Under the pieces are notes generated by a model. It had not been told where the DNA came from. It saw only the letters and a program-made list of their open reading frames with translations, and did not search any database. Shown here one piece after another: positions 16,576 through 26,071 of a DNA stretch of 37,385 nt. This stretch comes from Dehalococcoidia bacterium (GTDB lineage Bacteria; Chloroflexota; Dehalococcoidia; Lucifugimonadales; UBA3495), in contig JASLXV010000035.1 in the NCBI GenBank assembly GCA_030740155.1, positions 1 through 37,385 of the forward strand, read 5' to 3'. The number at the start of each line of letters is the position of its first letter. The first letter of the stretch is position 1. The position numbers and the translations under genes are program-made.

Positions 16576-17592
16576 ATGTCCATCCGTGTAGCCGCCATCG
16601 GCGTATCCCACTGGCACTCGCTGTATGATTTCGCCTACCTGCACCTCCTCTCCGGGATGGACGATGTCCAGCTGGTGGGCTTCCACGATGACGATCCGGG
16701 GATCGTAGAGCATCGAGCCGGGGAGATTGGCGGCAACATCCCCACCTTCACCGACCACATGCGGATGCTCTCCCAAGTCAAACCCGACTTCGTGCTGGCC
16801 CTGGGCAGGCACGATACAATGGCGCAATTCGCCCTCGACTTGCTGGATAGCCGCATCCCTTTCGTCATGGAGAAGCCCATGAGCTACAGTGCGCGGCAGC
16901 TACGCGGCGTCGTGGAGAAGGCGGAGGCCACCGGCGGGTTCGCGGCGGTCCCGCTCAGCATGCGCTACCACCCGATCGTCGTGACGGCAAGGAAGTTCAT
17001 CGAAGAGGGCACCTACGGCCCCATGACCCAGTTCTCCTCTCGGATGAACTCCGCCAGCTCGGACCGGTACCCGGAACGGAGGTGCGGGTGGATGCTGGAC
17101 CCGGCGGTGGCCAACGGTGGCTGCCTGCGCAACCTCGGCTCTCACGGCTTGGACGCTTTTGTACACCTGACCGGTGAAGGCGAAGATATCGAGGTCACCG
17201 GCGCTCAACTGAGCTGGAGCACCCGCGGGCAGCGGGTGGAAGATTATGCATCGGTGCTGCTCCGGTCGAAGAAAGGAGTGCTGGGAACCGTCGAGACCGG
17301 AAACGGGTTTCCCAGGCTCGGCAGAGATTGGGCGTGGATGGTCGCGTTTCGGGATGCCATCCTCACCTACAACAAGGACGGCGTCCTCAGGCTGAATACC
17401 GGCGAAGCCGAAGAAGTCCTGCCCTCGGAGCCGCCGGGAAATGGCCCGGCCATCTCCTTGCGAGAGACCATGGCCGCCGCCGCCCGGGGCGATGGGCCGC
17501 CCACCAGCGCCCATGACTGCTACCGGGCGGTCCGGCTGATCGACCTGGCCTATATCGCCGCCGGTAATCCCTACGGGACGGCGGAGGTTTAA
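16576..17592 (+). CDS. Gfo/Idh/MocA family oxidoreductase
   Basis: N-terminal Rossmann strand, MEKPM motif, GGCLRNLGSHGLD, VEDYA; AAGGAG RBS. Confidence 0.9.
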   Translation: MSIRVAAIGVSHWHSLYDFAYLHLLSGMDDVQLVGFHDDDPGIVEHRAGEIGGNIPTFTDHMRMLSQVKPDFVLALGRHDTMAQFALDLLDSRIPFVMEKPMSYSARQLRGVVEKAEATGGFAAVPLSMRYHPIVVTARKFIEEGTYGPMTQFSSRMNSASSDRYPERRCGWMLDPAVANGGCLRNLGSHGLDAFVHLTGEGEDIEVTGAQLSWSTRGQRVEDYASVLLRSKKGVLGTVETGNGFPRLGRDWAWMVAFRDAILTYNKDGVLRLNTGEAEEVLPSEPPGNGPAISLRETMAAAARGDGPPTSAHDCYRAVRLIDLAYIAAGNPYGTAEV

Positions 17593-17682
17593 CATTTCCG
17601 GAGATGGCCCCGGCAATTCGATCCCAATAATCGGCGGCAAGGCGGATATCAGGCAGCCCGACCCCGCTCGAAGTTTCTCGCG

Positions 17683-18051
17683 TTAGATCGCGGCACTGAT
17701 CTTTGGGTGGGCGAGAATGACCCTCACGTGGGGGAATAGGGCAATGTCTGCCTCCCCATCCCACCAGAGATGAGCGTCGATCTCGTTTCTTGGACGCGCC
17801 CGCCCGTGATGGGCACTTATCAAGAACACCACGTGTTCCTGGCTCCTGCTGCGGTGAGTGAACACCAACTCAATCTTGTCGGCGCGCAGCCCGGTTTCCT
17901 CGTACAGTTCCCGAGCGACCGCGCTGATTGGGAGTTCCCCGGGCTGTATTCCACCACCCGGCAATGAATACCGGTCGCGGCCCCGATCCGTTACCAGCAG
18001 AACCTTTCCATTTTTGGTCACCACGCCCGTCGCTCGGGGTCGTAGAGGCAT
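17683..18051 (-). CDS. Nudix hydrolase
   Basis: Nudix box PGGGIQPGE...AVARELYEETG. Confidence 0.9.
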   Translation of the reverse strand: MPLRPRATGVVTKNGKVLLVTDRGRDRYSLPGGGIQPGELPISAVARELYEETGLRADKIELVFTHRSRSQEHVVFLISAHHGRARPRNEIDAHLWWDGEADIALFPHVRVILAHPKISAAI

Positions 18052-18118
18052 GACATCTCCGATGGCCGTGAGTAGGCGTCCTCGATACCGGCCTATCCCA
18101 GAGGCCCCACGGCCTCAT

Positions 18119-19027
18119 TCACTTCAGAGCTATGGCGGCAACCCCGGCCACGATGAGAGAAGTGGATACAATCTTGACCGTCAACGCGCGCGTGGAGGTC
18201 TGCTCTCCCAAGAATCCGGAGAAGCGCAGGGCGAGGGCCGTGCTGTACAGCAGGACAAAGAAAGAGCGCGTGGCGACGAGGGTGGTGACCAGCGAGACGG
18301 GGCCCAACGAGAGGGCCCAAAGGGTCAATATCATGGAGGAACTGGCGAGCACCACCTCATTCATCCCGAGGATGGCGAAGGCTGGGCTTCGTTGACGTAC
18401 CAGTTCGCGGACCTCGCGCAGCGGCGCCGGACGGAGGGCGCCCAGCAACAGGACGCCGCTCAACCCCAGGCTGCGCAGGGCGTGGGTGTGGAGCACCGGC
18501 AAATCGTCGAGGGCGACCTTGCCGGTGACGTGGGCGGCCGCCGCGATGGCGCTTCCCAGCATCAGGATGAAGAAAGACCGGTGCAAGAAGAGGCCGCGGT
18601 ACCCTTGGTCCAGTCGCAACGAGATCAGGACTGCCCCCGCCACGGTGGCCAAGATGGCGATCCAGTGGAATGCGGAGAGGTCCTCGTCCAAAAAGAAAAC
18701 GGCCAGCAGCGCGGCAAAAATAGGAAAGGTCTGGTAGACGGGAACGGAGCGTGAGACCTCCTGGGAGTAGAGCACGCGAAGGAAGAACCACGCGCTGAGT
18801 CCCCAGAGGCCACCGGAAAAGAAGCCCCAACCGATGGACGAAGCTGTCGTCGTCTCCGGCCAGGTCAACGCGAGGACCAGGATGATACCAATGCTCCCCT
18901 GCGCCACGCCGATCAAGAGGGGTAAGGTCAGTGGGGACCGCAAGTAGCGGAAAAGGAGCGTCTTGTCGAGGATGTTGATCATCCCCGCGACGGCTGCTCC
19001 TAACAGGGCGATTACTACCCACGACAA
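18119..19027 (-). CDS. EamA/DMT family transporter
   Basis: About 10 hydrophobic segments in two repeats; P.FAALLA.FFLDE and GPVSLV motifs; TTG start. Confidence 0.88.
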   Translation of the reverse strand: MSWVVIALLGAAVAGMINILDKTLLFRYLRSPLTLPLLIGVAQGSIGIILVLALTWPETTTASSIGWGFFSGGLWGLSAWFFLRVLYSQEVSRSVPVYQTFPIFAALLAVFFLDEDLSAFHWIAILATVAGAVLISLRLDQGYRGLFLHRSFFILMLGSAIAAAAHVTGKVALDDLPVLHTHALRSLGLSGVLLLGALRPAPLREVRELVRQRSPAFAILGMNEVVLASSSMILTLWALSLGPVSLVTTLVATRSFFVLLYSTALALRFSGFLGEQTSTRALTVKIVSTSLIVAGVAAIALK

Positions 19028-19222
19028 GGTGTCGTCACTCCGCCGGTACGCATTGTGTCCGGGGAACCGCGCGAGGCCCGGCCGGGGCGCCGAAAGACGT
19101 AACTTCGACTAAGACGTTCGGCTTCACCAGGGCGCCGTTGCCGCGGTATGGATTGCGTACCGGACGTTGGCGCCCGCGCCGGGTGGCGCCGGTCTGGCGG
19201 AGGTGCTGCCCGGTTATCCAGT

Positions 19223-20320
19223 CTAGGCGATACGATGGGGAGCCAACGCCTTCTCATTGAGGGTGATCCCCATACCCGGCCGGTCCGATGGCCCCACCTT
19301 GCCATCCTCGATCATCAGAGTCTCTTCAAACATCTGGCCCCACATCGGGTCGGTGGTGCTGTTGTAGAACTCAACGGTCAGACCGTTGGGAATCGCCGCC
19401 ACCAGTTGAACGTGGACCTCCTGGTTGCCGTGGGGAGCGATCGGCAAGTCCTGGGATTGGGCCAAGGCCGCCACCTTCATGAACTCGGTAATGCCGCCCA
19501 TTATCTGAGCGTCGGGTTGGATGATTGCAACGCAGCGGTTCTCGATCAAGTCGCGAAAACCGTAGCGGGTGTACTCGTTCTCTCCGGTGGCGATCGGGAT
19601 TATGGTAGCCTGGCTGATCAGCTTGTGGCCCTTGTAGTCATCGGGGAACACCGGCTCCTCGAACCAGGTGATCTCATACTTTTCGATCTTCCGCGCCATC
19701 TGGATGGCATCGTAATAGCGGTAGGCGCAGTTGGCATCCACCATCACGTTCACATCCGGGCCCACGGTCTCGCGGACCACCCGCACCCGTTCGACATCCT
19801 CGCGAATCGAAGCGCCGCCGATCTTCATCTTGAGTGCCCGCGCCCCCGTGGACAGGCTGTTCTCCACCTCGGCGGCCAGCTCTTCCAGTCCCTTTCCTTC
19901 CTCGTAGTAGCCGCCGGCGACGTAGACCGGCACCTTGTCGGTGAACCCGCCGAGCAGCTTGTGGACCGGGCGGTTGGCGGCCTTGCCCTTTATGTCCCAC
20001 AGCGCGATGTCGATTCCACTGATTACCCTGGTGGTCACGCCTCGCCGTCCCACGAGCTTGGGCTGCCACATTTCGTGCCAGATCTTCTCCGTGTCGAAGG
20101 GGTCTTGCCCGATCACGTACTGTTTCAGATGCTCGAGGATCGCCACCCCCACGTCGGGCGCCTCTCGGATATCGCGGCCCAACCCGATGCCGGTTATGCC
20201 TTCGTCCGTCTCCACCTTGATAACGTTCAGCCCTGAAGTGGTGTATACGTGCCGGCCGTTACGTATCGGCGTGTGCCTGGGCCATCGGTAGACTTCCACC
20301 TTCACGTCAGTGACTTTCAC
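19223..20320 (-). CDS. Mandelate racemase/muconate lactonizing enzyme family (enolase superfamily)
   Basis: SGIDIALWDIKGK, KMK, MVDAN, WFEEP, TGENE, APH catalytic set. Confidence 0.93.
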   Translation of the reverse strand: MKVTDVKVEVYRWPRHTPIRNGRHVYTTSGLNVIKVETDEGITGIGLGRDIREAPDVGVAILEHLKQYVIGQDPFDTEKIWHEMWQPKLVGRRGVTTRVISGIDIALWDIKGKAANRPVHKLLGGFTDKVPVYVAGGYYEEGKGLEELAAEVENSLSTGARALKMKIGGASIREDVERVRVVRETVGPDVNVMVDANCAYRYYDAIQMARKIEKYEITWFEEPVFPDDYKGHKLISQATIIPIATGENEYTRYGFRDLIENRCVAIIQPDAQIMGGITEFMKVAALAQSQDLPIAPHGNQEVHVQLVAAIPNGLTVEFYNSTTDPMWGQMFEETLMIEDGKVGPSDRPGMGITLNEKALAPHRIA

Positions 20321-20353
20321 GATTCACCTGCCCTGTTGATATGATGGTTGGGT

Positions 20354-20413
20354 GCCCTCACCCCGGCCTCCGGCCACCCCTCTTCCACTGGGAGAGGGGA
20401 CGGGGGTGAGGGC
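20354..20413. repeat. REP-like element (CCCTCACCC family), second copy
   Basis: GCCCTCACCCC / GGGGTGAGGGC IR plus CCCCTCTTCCACTGGGAGAGGGG hairpin. Confidence 0.75.
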
Positions 20414-20421
20414 TTGTAACC

Positions 20422-21195
20422 CTATCTTCCGGTAAAGTTCGGCTTGCGCTTTTCGGCGAAGGCCTTGGGGCCCTCCTTGGCGTCGTCGGTGTCGCGCAGC
20501 ACCTGGCCGATGGCCTGCTCCAGCCGCACCCCGAATTCGAAGGGCATGTACTGTCCCCTCACGGCCAGCTCCTTGATGGCCCGCATCGCCAGAGGACCGT
20601 TCTGGCAGATAACGTCGGCCATGCGCTCGGCCTCGGCCATCAGCTCGCCGAGGGGGACGACGTTGTTCACCAGGCCATGCTGTTGCGCGTCCTGGGCGGA
20701 GAGCATCTCGCCGCTCAGCAGCATCCACATGGCGATGGGGTAGGGAAGCTGCCGGATGGCGCGTTGCGTGCCGCCGTTCCCCGGCAAAATGCCGCGTTTC
20801 ACCTCGGAGAGGCCAAACTTGGCGTGGCCAGCGGCCACCCGAAGGTCGGTGGCCAGCAGGAGGGTCATACCGCCGCCCAGGCAGTAGCCGTTAACTGCGG
20901 CGATCACCGGCTTCCAGATTTCCAGGCCCCGGTTGAGGATCTGTTCCTCCTGGGTCTGCCAGAAGTGCCACTTTTCCTCTACTTTTGGTATCATCTTCCG
21001 CAGGTCGGCGCCCGCGCAGAAGGCCTTCTCGCCGGTGCCGGTGATGATGGCGCACCACACATCCGGGTCGTCCCGCACGTCGGTCCGGGCCTCGGAAAGC
21101 TCGGCGAAGGTTTCCGGGTCCAGGGCGTTCATAACCTCGGGCCGGTTGAGGGTTATGTACGCAATCTTCCCTTTCTTCTCGTAGATCAGGGCCAT
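20422..21195 (-). CDS. Enoyl-CoA hydratase/isomerase (crotonase superfamily)
   Basis: LNRPEVMNAL, AFCAGADL, KPVIAAVNGYCLGGG, FGLSEVKRG, AFAEKRKP. Confidence 0.95.
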   Translation of the reverse strand: MALIYEKKGKIAYITLNRPEVMNALDPETFAELSEARTDVRDDPDVWCAIITGTGEKAFCAGADLRKMIPKVEEKWHFWQTQEEQILNRGLEIWKPVIAAVNGYCLGGGMTLLLATDLRVAAGHAKFGLSEVKRGILPGNGGTQRAIRQLPYPIAMWMLLSGEMLSAQDAQQHGLVNNVVPLGELMAEAERMADVICQNGPLAMRAIKELAVRGQYMPFEFGVRLEQAIGQVLRDTDDAKEGPKAFAEKRKPNFTGR

Positions 21196-21360
21196 AGCCT
21201 AGCTCCTCCCGTTGTGGTTGGCTCCAGAGAATGTCGCGCTGCCCCCGGCCGGGGCAAGGGGTAGCTCTGTTGGCGTTGATGGTATTTCGTGGCCCTCGCC
21301 CGGAGGGCGGCCCCCCACGCCAGGAAGCAGCATCCGTCCCAAACTCAGCGCGGTTCGTCC

Positions 21361-23910
21361 TTATTTCAGGCTGGCAAGCTGCTCCGCCTGGCGGGATATC
21401 CGGCTGTCGCGGTCGAGGGCGAATCGCTTGACTCCCTGGAATATCGACTCGGAATCCAGGTGGGCTTCCGCGATCACATCCCCTTCCGTCCCACCGGTCA
21501 ACCACTTGTTGTGCCAGTCAGATACCAGGGAATAGGCGTCGGTCAACGGCCCGGCATCCTGCACCGGCCAGACTCTTCTGGTCCCGGTACTGACTACCAT
21601 GAGATCGAAGCAGGCCTCGGGCGGCAATACTCGGTCCCGGTACTCCTGGGGCTGCCGTTGGAACAGCTCCTCGCTGATGGCCGAGACCACTTTGACGTTT
21701 ATCCCCTCTTGCTCCAGGCGAGCCAGCACGGACACCAGGTTAACCGTGGAAGACGAGCCCTGAACTACAACGTAGCCATGTTTGGGCTTTCCGGGATCGA
21801 AGTCCCTGATGACGTATAGGCCCTTGGACGCAGCCTTGGGGTCCTTATCCGCGAAGGTGCTTCGGTCGGCCACCGGGAAGTCCGGCCGGGCCACCTCGAT
21901 GACAATCACTCCTACCTTCGGGTCTCGCGCCGCAATCTCGGCAGCCGCAAAATAGCCGGACGCCACATCGTTATAGTCCCAGAAACTCAGGGTGATCACC
22001 TGGTTTCTGGGGAACAACTTCCACACCTGGGGCGAGTAAATGCCGAAATGGGTGCGGGCGTCGGCTGCCGTCTCCGGCCCGGAATGGCCCGCGAGTATAT
22101 TCAGAACGCCGACCCGGAACGGGCTGTCCTGATTCTGTTGGCTCCAGACTCGGGCCGGCAGATACATGAGCGGGGTAAATGCTCCGTAAGTCCCGCTGAG
22201 CGCCCAGACGCCGACGTGGCGGTCCGGATGCAGTGACGCGGTCTGACCGACGAGGCCTATGGCGGTGGACACATTTCCTGCTTCTTGAATACCTGCTTTG
22301 AATCGTGTTCCGGAGGGATTACTCACGGGGTCGAAATGGCCCCATAATGATCCGCCTTCCATGTTTATCGAGTCGGATAAATCTGCCGCGATGGTCACGA
22401 ACCGGTTGCCCGTCACGTAGTTTATCCACTTGATAATCTCGGAAATCGCGCGACGAGAACCCCGCGATCCGCCAGCCTCTTCAAACAGCTTTATGGTAAC
22501 TTCTTTCTCTTCTCCCGATACGGGATTGCGGACGGTGACGGTCTGTGGCTCCAGGGGCAGATTTTCGACCTTGAGGCGAGGGTCCTGGAACGGATCGGTT
22601 TCCCGGTCGATTCGAATCGGCATGTCGTCGGACACGGAGTCGCCAATATCCGCCAACCGGTCGGCCAGCCAGTCCCCAAGGCCATCCTTGTCGAGCACGG
22701 ACATGGCAACATCTATGTTTTGCTTGAATTGGATCAGGCGCTCCTTGGTGCCGGAAACCGCGCCCTCGCGGATCCCGCCGAACTCGACGCCAAAACGCCG
22801 TTCGAAGGTTGCTGCCAGGCCCTGGAAGTAATCTCCGTTCATCGGGAGGGCGTAGGGGTGGCTCTGGTAGCTGACTATCTGCTTACCGAATCCGGGGATG
22901 TTCCCGTCTTCAGCCGTGGGCCACCATCCCTTGACGGTCGGGCCCACGAGGATCATCGGCCTGTTGTCCGACGGGTCCCAATCCTCCATGGTCTTCAGCG
23001 CGGCGACTATCTGATCATAGTCATTGCCGTCCTCGATGGTCAGGACATTCCAACCGTACGATGCCCACTGATCCTCGATGCGGTAGCCGCCGTACTCGGG
23101 CCGGATCACGCTGCCGATTAGCTCGTCATCGATCCCGGCGTTGTTGTAAGAGAGGAGTATTCTCAACCGCTTGCCGACTTGCTGGGCCACCGCTTGGGTC
23201 TTGAGTTCCTGGGAATGCCCGGAAGTCAGCGCGAATTCACCTTCGATGGCGATAATCTTGAGGCTATCCGGCGCACCGATCAGGTCCCAAAATGCGGCTT
23301 TCCCAGCGGCCGTGGCAATACCGACCCCCGAGGGCCCCCCGTTGACGTCGTTGGTAAGATCGGTGGTCTCCGAATGGCCGGACAAGGCCCGGATGCCTCT
23401 GATTTTGGATTGCGCCATCAGCGGGTGAGACTCGAGGCCGTTTTCGCGTAACAACCGTTCCAACGGCTCCTTACCTCGGCGGAAACCCAGCGCGTCGATG
23501 GACAGCATTGCCAGCTTTGGATCCACCGAGAATCGGGCGTCGCCGGTCTTGGCGTGTTTTCTCGCCAGCGCCTCTCCCATGATCATCCAGAGGGCGTAGG
23601 TCGCCGGTGCGGCATGCCCGCCGGCCAACATGAATTTATCGGCGTAGGGGTGCTTGGGGCGGCGATAATCGAATCGTAACCCTCCGAGGCCGGCTCCCAC
23701 CAGATGGGATGCGACAGTGTAAGGGATGTAGGCCAGCGGGCCGCCAAGATGCCCGGTCTGAGAGTAGTTGCCCATCAGGACCATCATCATTGCCGTCAAG
23801 AATCCAACGTCTTCAAGACGGTCTCTTTGATAGTCCGGCAGCGAAACAGAGTTACGCGTTGCGCTAGCGGTCAGTGCCAAGCTGTTGACGGTGGTTGTTG
23901 TCCCGGACAT
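21361..23910 (-). CDS. Divergent large transketolase-like ThDP enzyme (849 aa)
   Basis: GHLGGPL, DKFMLAGGH, LSGHSE, EGEF..YNN, ADL, GIQE, HSG...ADARTH, RP motifs in transketolase order. Confidence 0.8.
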   Translation of the reverse strand: MSGTTTTVNSLALTASATRNSVSLPDYQRDRLEDVGFLTAMMMVLMGNYSQTGHLGGPLAYIPYTVASHLVGAGLGGLRFDYRRPKHPYADKFMLAGGHAAPATYALWMIMGEALARKHAKTGDARFSVDPKLAMLSIDALGFRRGKEPLERLLRENGLESHPLMAQSKIRGIRALSGHSETTDLTNDVNGGPSGVGIATAAGKAAFWDLIGAPDSLKIIAIEGEFALTSGHSQELKTQAVAQQVGKRLRILLSYNNAGIDDELIGSVIRPEYGGYRIEDQWASYGWNVLTIEDGNDYDQIVAALKTMEDWDPSDNRPMILVGPTVKGWWPTAEDGNIPGFGKQIVSYQSHPYALPMNGDYFQGLAATFERRFGVEFGGIREGAVSGTKERLIQFKQNIDVAMSVLDKDGLGDWLADRLADIGDSVSDDMPIRIDRETDPFQDPRLKVENLPLEPQTVTVRNPVSGEEKEVTIKLFEEAGGSRGSRRAISEIIKWINYVTGNRFVTIAADLSDSINMEGGSLWGHFDPVSNPSGTRFKAGIQEAGNVSTAIGLVGQTASLHPDRHVGVWALSGTYGAFTPLMYLPARVWSQQNQDSPFRVGVLNILAGHSGPETAADARTHFGIYSPQVWKLFPRNQVITLSFWDYNDVASGYFAAAEIAARDPKVGVIVIEVARPDFPVADRSTFADKDPKAASKGLYVIRDFDPGKPKHGYVVVQGSSSTVNLVSVLARLEQEGINVKVVSAISEELFQRQPQEYRDRVLPPEACFDLMVVSTGTRRVWPVQDAGPLTDAYSLVSDWHNKWLTGGTEGDVIAEAHLDSESIFQGVKRFALDRDSRISRQAEQLASLK

Positions 23911-24145
23911 CGCTCAGTGCTCCTAAATGTTAGGTGGGGTTCCGCCGGAGTCCCGGCAGGTCCTCGATGGGAAGCTGAAGTTTCTCGTTCCCCTGGCAGG
24001 GGCGAAGAACAGGTGAACTCGGGAACCCCCGCGACGGCTCTCCGGGCTCGTTACTGGTCTTGAGGCCCTCGACCGCCGGATCGCGCCGGAGCGGGAATTC
24101 CCGTCTCCGGTTGCCGATTGCGCCGACACCCATGATGCCCGTGTC

Positions 24146-24420
24146 TCAAAGCTGTGTCAACAGCACCAACATCAGCAGCACGGTTAGGGGTAAGCCGTAC
24201 TTGATGAAGTCGAATACGCTCAAAAGCCTGGTCCCAGTTTCGGGGTCCTTGCTCATGGCGAAGACGATTGCGTTGTTCGGGGTCCCCACCACCAGGACGT
24301 TGGCGAAAGAAGAGGCGAAGGAAACCATCAACCCCACCTTCCAGACTGACGCAACCGACGTTGTCATCCGCGACGTCTTCTTTCATGGCAATCCGGGCCC
24401 TCAGTTCCGCGGCGACAGTC
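24146..24420 (-). pseudogene. Decayed C-terminal fragment of an SLC13/DASS anion symporter
   Basis: WKVGLMVSFASSFANVLVVGTPNNAIVF..DFIKYG motif, truncated by stops and frameshifts on both sides; boundaries approximate. Confidence 0.7.
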
Positions 24421-24863
24421 AGCAGGTCAATGGCTTCCAGCGCCTTGCCGGTGGTCTGAAATTTGGGCTGGCTCGCGGTGGCGCCGATGAGGTTGCTTCG
24501 GCCAAACTCATTATTTCCGGGGCGACTCAAGAACCCCTCGCCGGCCGTCTGTGGGACAGCCCTCTCCCCACAGCTATGGGAAAGGCCACACCCCATGAGT
24601 TGGATTCAACCGCCGGGCGCACACCAAAACGTCCCCGGAGCTACGTGCCCGAAAACCAGGTCGGTTATGTCCCCCACCGCAATGCCGCTGGGGCACCAAG
24701 CGACCGTGGTAACCGGTCCGCAAGCATTTGCGGGCTTCGCCGGCCACGGAAAGAGGAAAGAATCTCGTTCAGGCGGCAGGTAATGCTTCAGTAACTCTTC
24801 ACTCCATACAATGGCCCCATTGGACGCTCCATACACCTTGGATCTTTGCGAACTGAGGTTCAG

Positions 24864-25325
24864 ATGAGCTTATCTTGCGATGAGCGGACGAGTTTTACCA
24901 ACGGCGCTGACCCCGGTCACCACAACGGCACGGTCCCCACTCTGGCCGTGGCGCCCGCGGGTTCTCAACCCGAATCAAAGACATACTACCGGAGCCGGCG
25001 GCACCATCCCCCCGTCATGGTTGAGGCCAGGGTATATTGGTGGCAAACCGACGAGCGGAGGGTGGCGTGTGTCGATAATCAGTTTGGCATTTTGCCGGCG
25101 ATCCCCGTTCGGTTCAGTTGCATCGGGACCCTAACGCCCAAGTATCCCAAACGCTACCGGGTAGACCTGGCTCAAGCGCTGGACAAGCTGCCGGAACTGA
25201 ACAAGCGGGAACTGAAACTGCTGGGCGCATCGCTGGCGGCAGCCATCAGCAAAGAGTTGGACGTGGAAGTGGCCCCATTCAATGGCGACGTCATCAATTT
25301 GAGCTTGGGCGTCGATGACCAGTAG
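24864..25325 (+). CDS. Hypothetical protein (153 aa)
   Basis: GAGGT RBS before ATG 24864; protein-like composition; no family recognised. Confidence 0.55.
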   Translation: MSLSCDERTSFTNGADPGHHNGTVPTLAVAPAGSQPESKTYYRSRRHHPPVMVEARVYWWQTDERRVACVDNQFGILPAIPVRFSCIGTLTPKYPKRYRVDLAQALDKLPELNKRELKLLGASLAAAISKELDVEVAPFNGDVINLSLGVDDQ

Positions 25326-25363
25326 CCGCCACGGTCCTCAATGGATTCCGGCAGCATAATGGG

Positions 25364-25470
25364 GAATACCGTCAGCGCCGGTTGAGGAGCTGCCCCCTCG
25401 AGGTTTAGCAGCAAACCGACCGCGGCAAAGGGCAACCTGGCGTGCGGTGCTCAGGCGGTGCTCAGATGGA
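25364..25470 (+). ncRNA. Candidate structured small RNA (possibly 6S-like)
   Basis: CATAAT just upstream; rod-like pairings ACCG/CGGT, GCGCCGGTT/AACCTGGCGT, TGCCC/GGGCA, GGTTT/AAACC; followed by a terminator. Confidence 0.35.
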
Positions 25471-25503
25471 AGAGGCAGGGAGAAACCCTGGCTCTGTTTT
25501 TTT
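25471..25503 (+). terminator. Intrinsic terminator
   Basis: AGAGGCAGGG-AGAAA-CCCTGGCTCT then GTTTTTTT. Confidence 0.7.
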
Positions 25504-25673
25504 GTCACCGTTTTGGGTCCGGCAAGACGCGGCCGGGATGACCCACCTGGAAACGGTGGGAGCGGCGAGCCAAGCCTCCCGTCCGGCCCCAAAACCCACC
25601 GGGGACTCCCACGAGAGAGAGGGGGGGCGGAGCGGCGGATGGGACCCGCGGGTGTTGGCCCGACGGCGGCCCT

Positions 25674-25706
25674 AAAGAAAAAGCCGCCCGTGACAGGCGG
25701 CCTCTT
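25674..25706 (-). terminator. Intrinsic terminator downstream of tRNA-Asp
   Basis: GCCGCC-TGTCACG-GGCGGC followed by a T-rich tail on the - strand. Confidence 0.75.
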
Positions 25707-25762
25707 GCGCCCACACTCCTTCGGTATTCCCGGAGAGAAGCGAAGGGCAAGTTCTGTGCTGA

Positions 25763-25838
25763 TGGCGACCCGGATGGGACTCGAACCCACGATCTCAGCC
25801 TTGACAGGGCTGCATGTTAACCGCTACACCACCGGGCC
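25763..25838 (-). tRNA. tRNA-Asp (GTC)
   Basis: GGCCCGG..TAGCGGTTAAC..CAGCC-CTGTCAA-GGCTG..GTGGGTTCGAGTCCCAT-CCGGGTC-GCCA, complete 76-nt cloverleaf with encoded CCA. Confidence 0.97.
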
Positions 25839-25877
25839 AGGCAAAAAGGCCAGGCACACAATGTCCCTGGCCTTCTG

Positions 25878-25907
25878 AGTGTATGATTTTTCCATTAGAG
25901 GTGTCAA
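25878..25907 (-). promoter_or_regulatory. Sigma70 promoter of tRNA-Asp
   Basis: TTGACA - 18 bp - TACACT. Confidence 0.75.
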
Positions 25908-26071
25908 GCGCGCGGTAGTTCAGCGGGGCTGTTCGACAACCTTGGGTGGCGCCGGCATTCGTAACCAAAGTGAACCGCTGCGCGGGCCTTCACCCGGCCC
26001 AAGCGGCGCCAGGGCTTCCCAATCCGTCAGGGAACGGGAGCGAGGGTGCGGGCATGGGTCGGACCGCCCCT

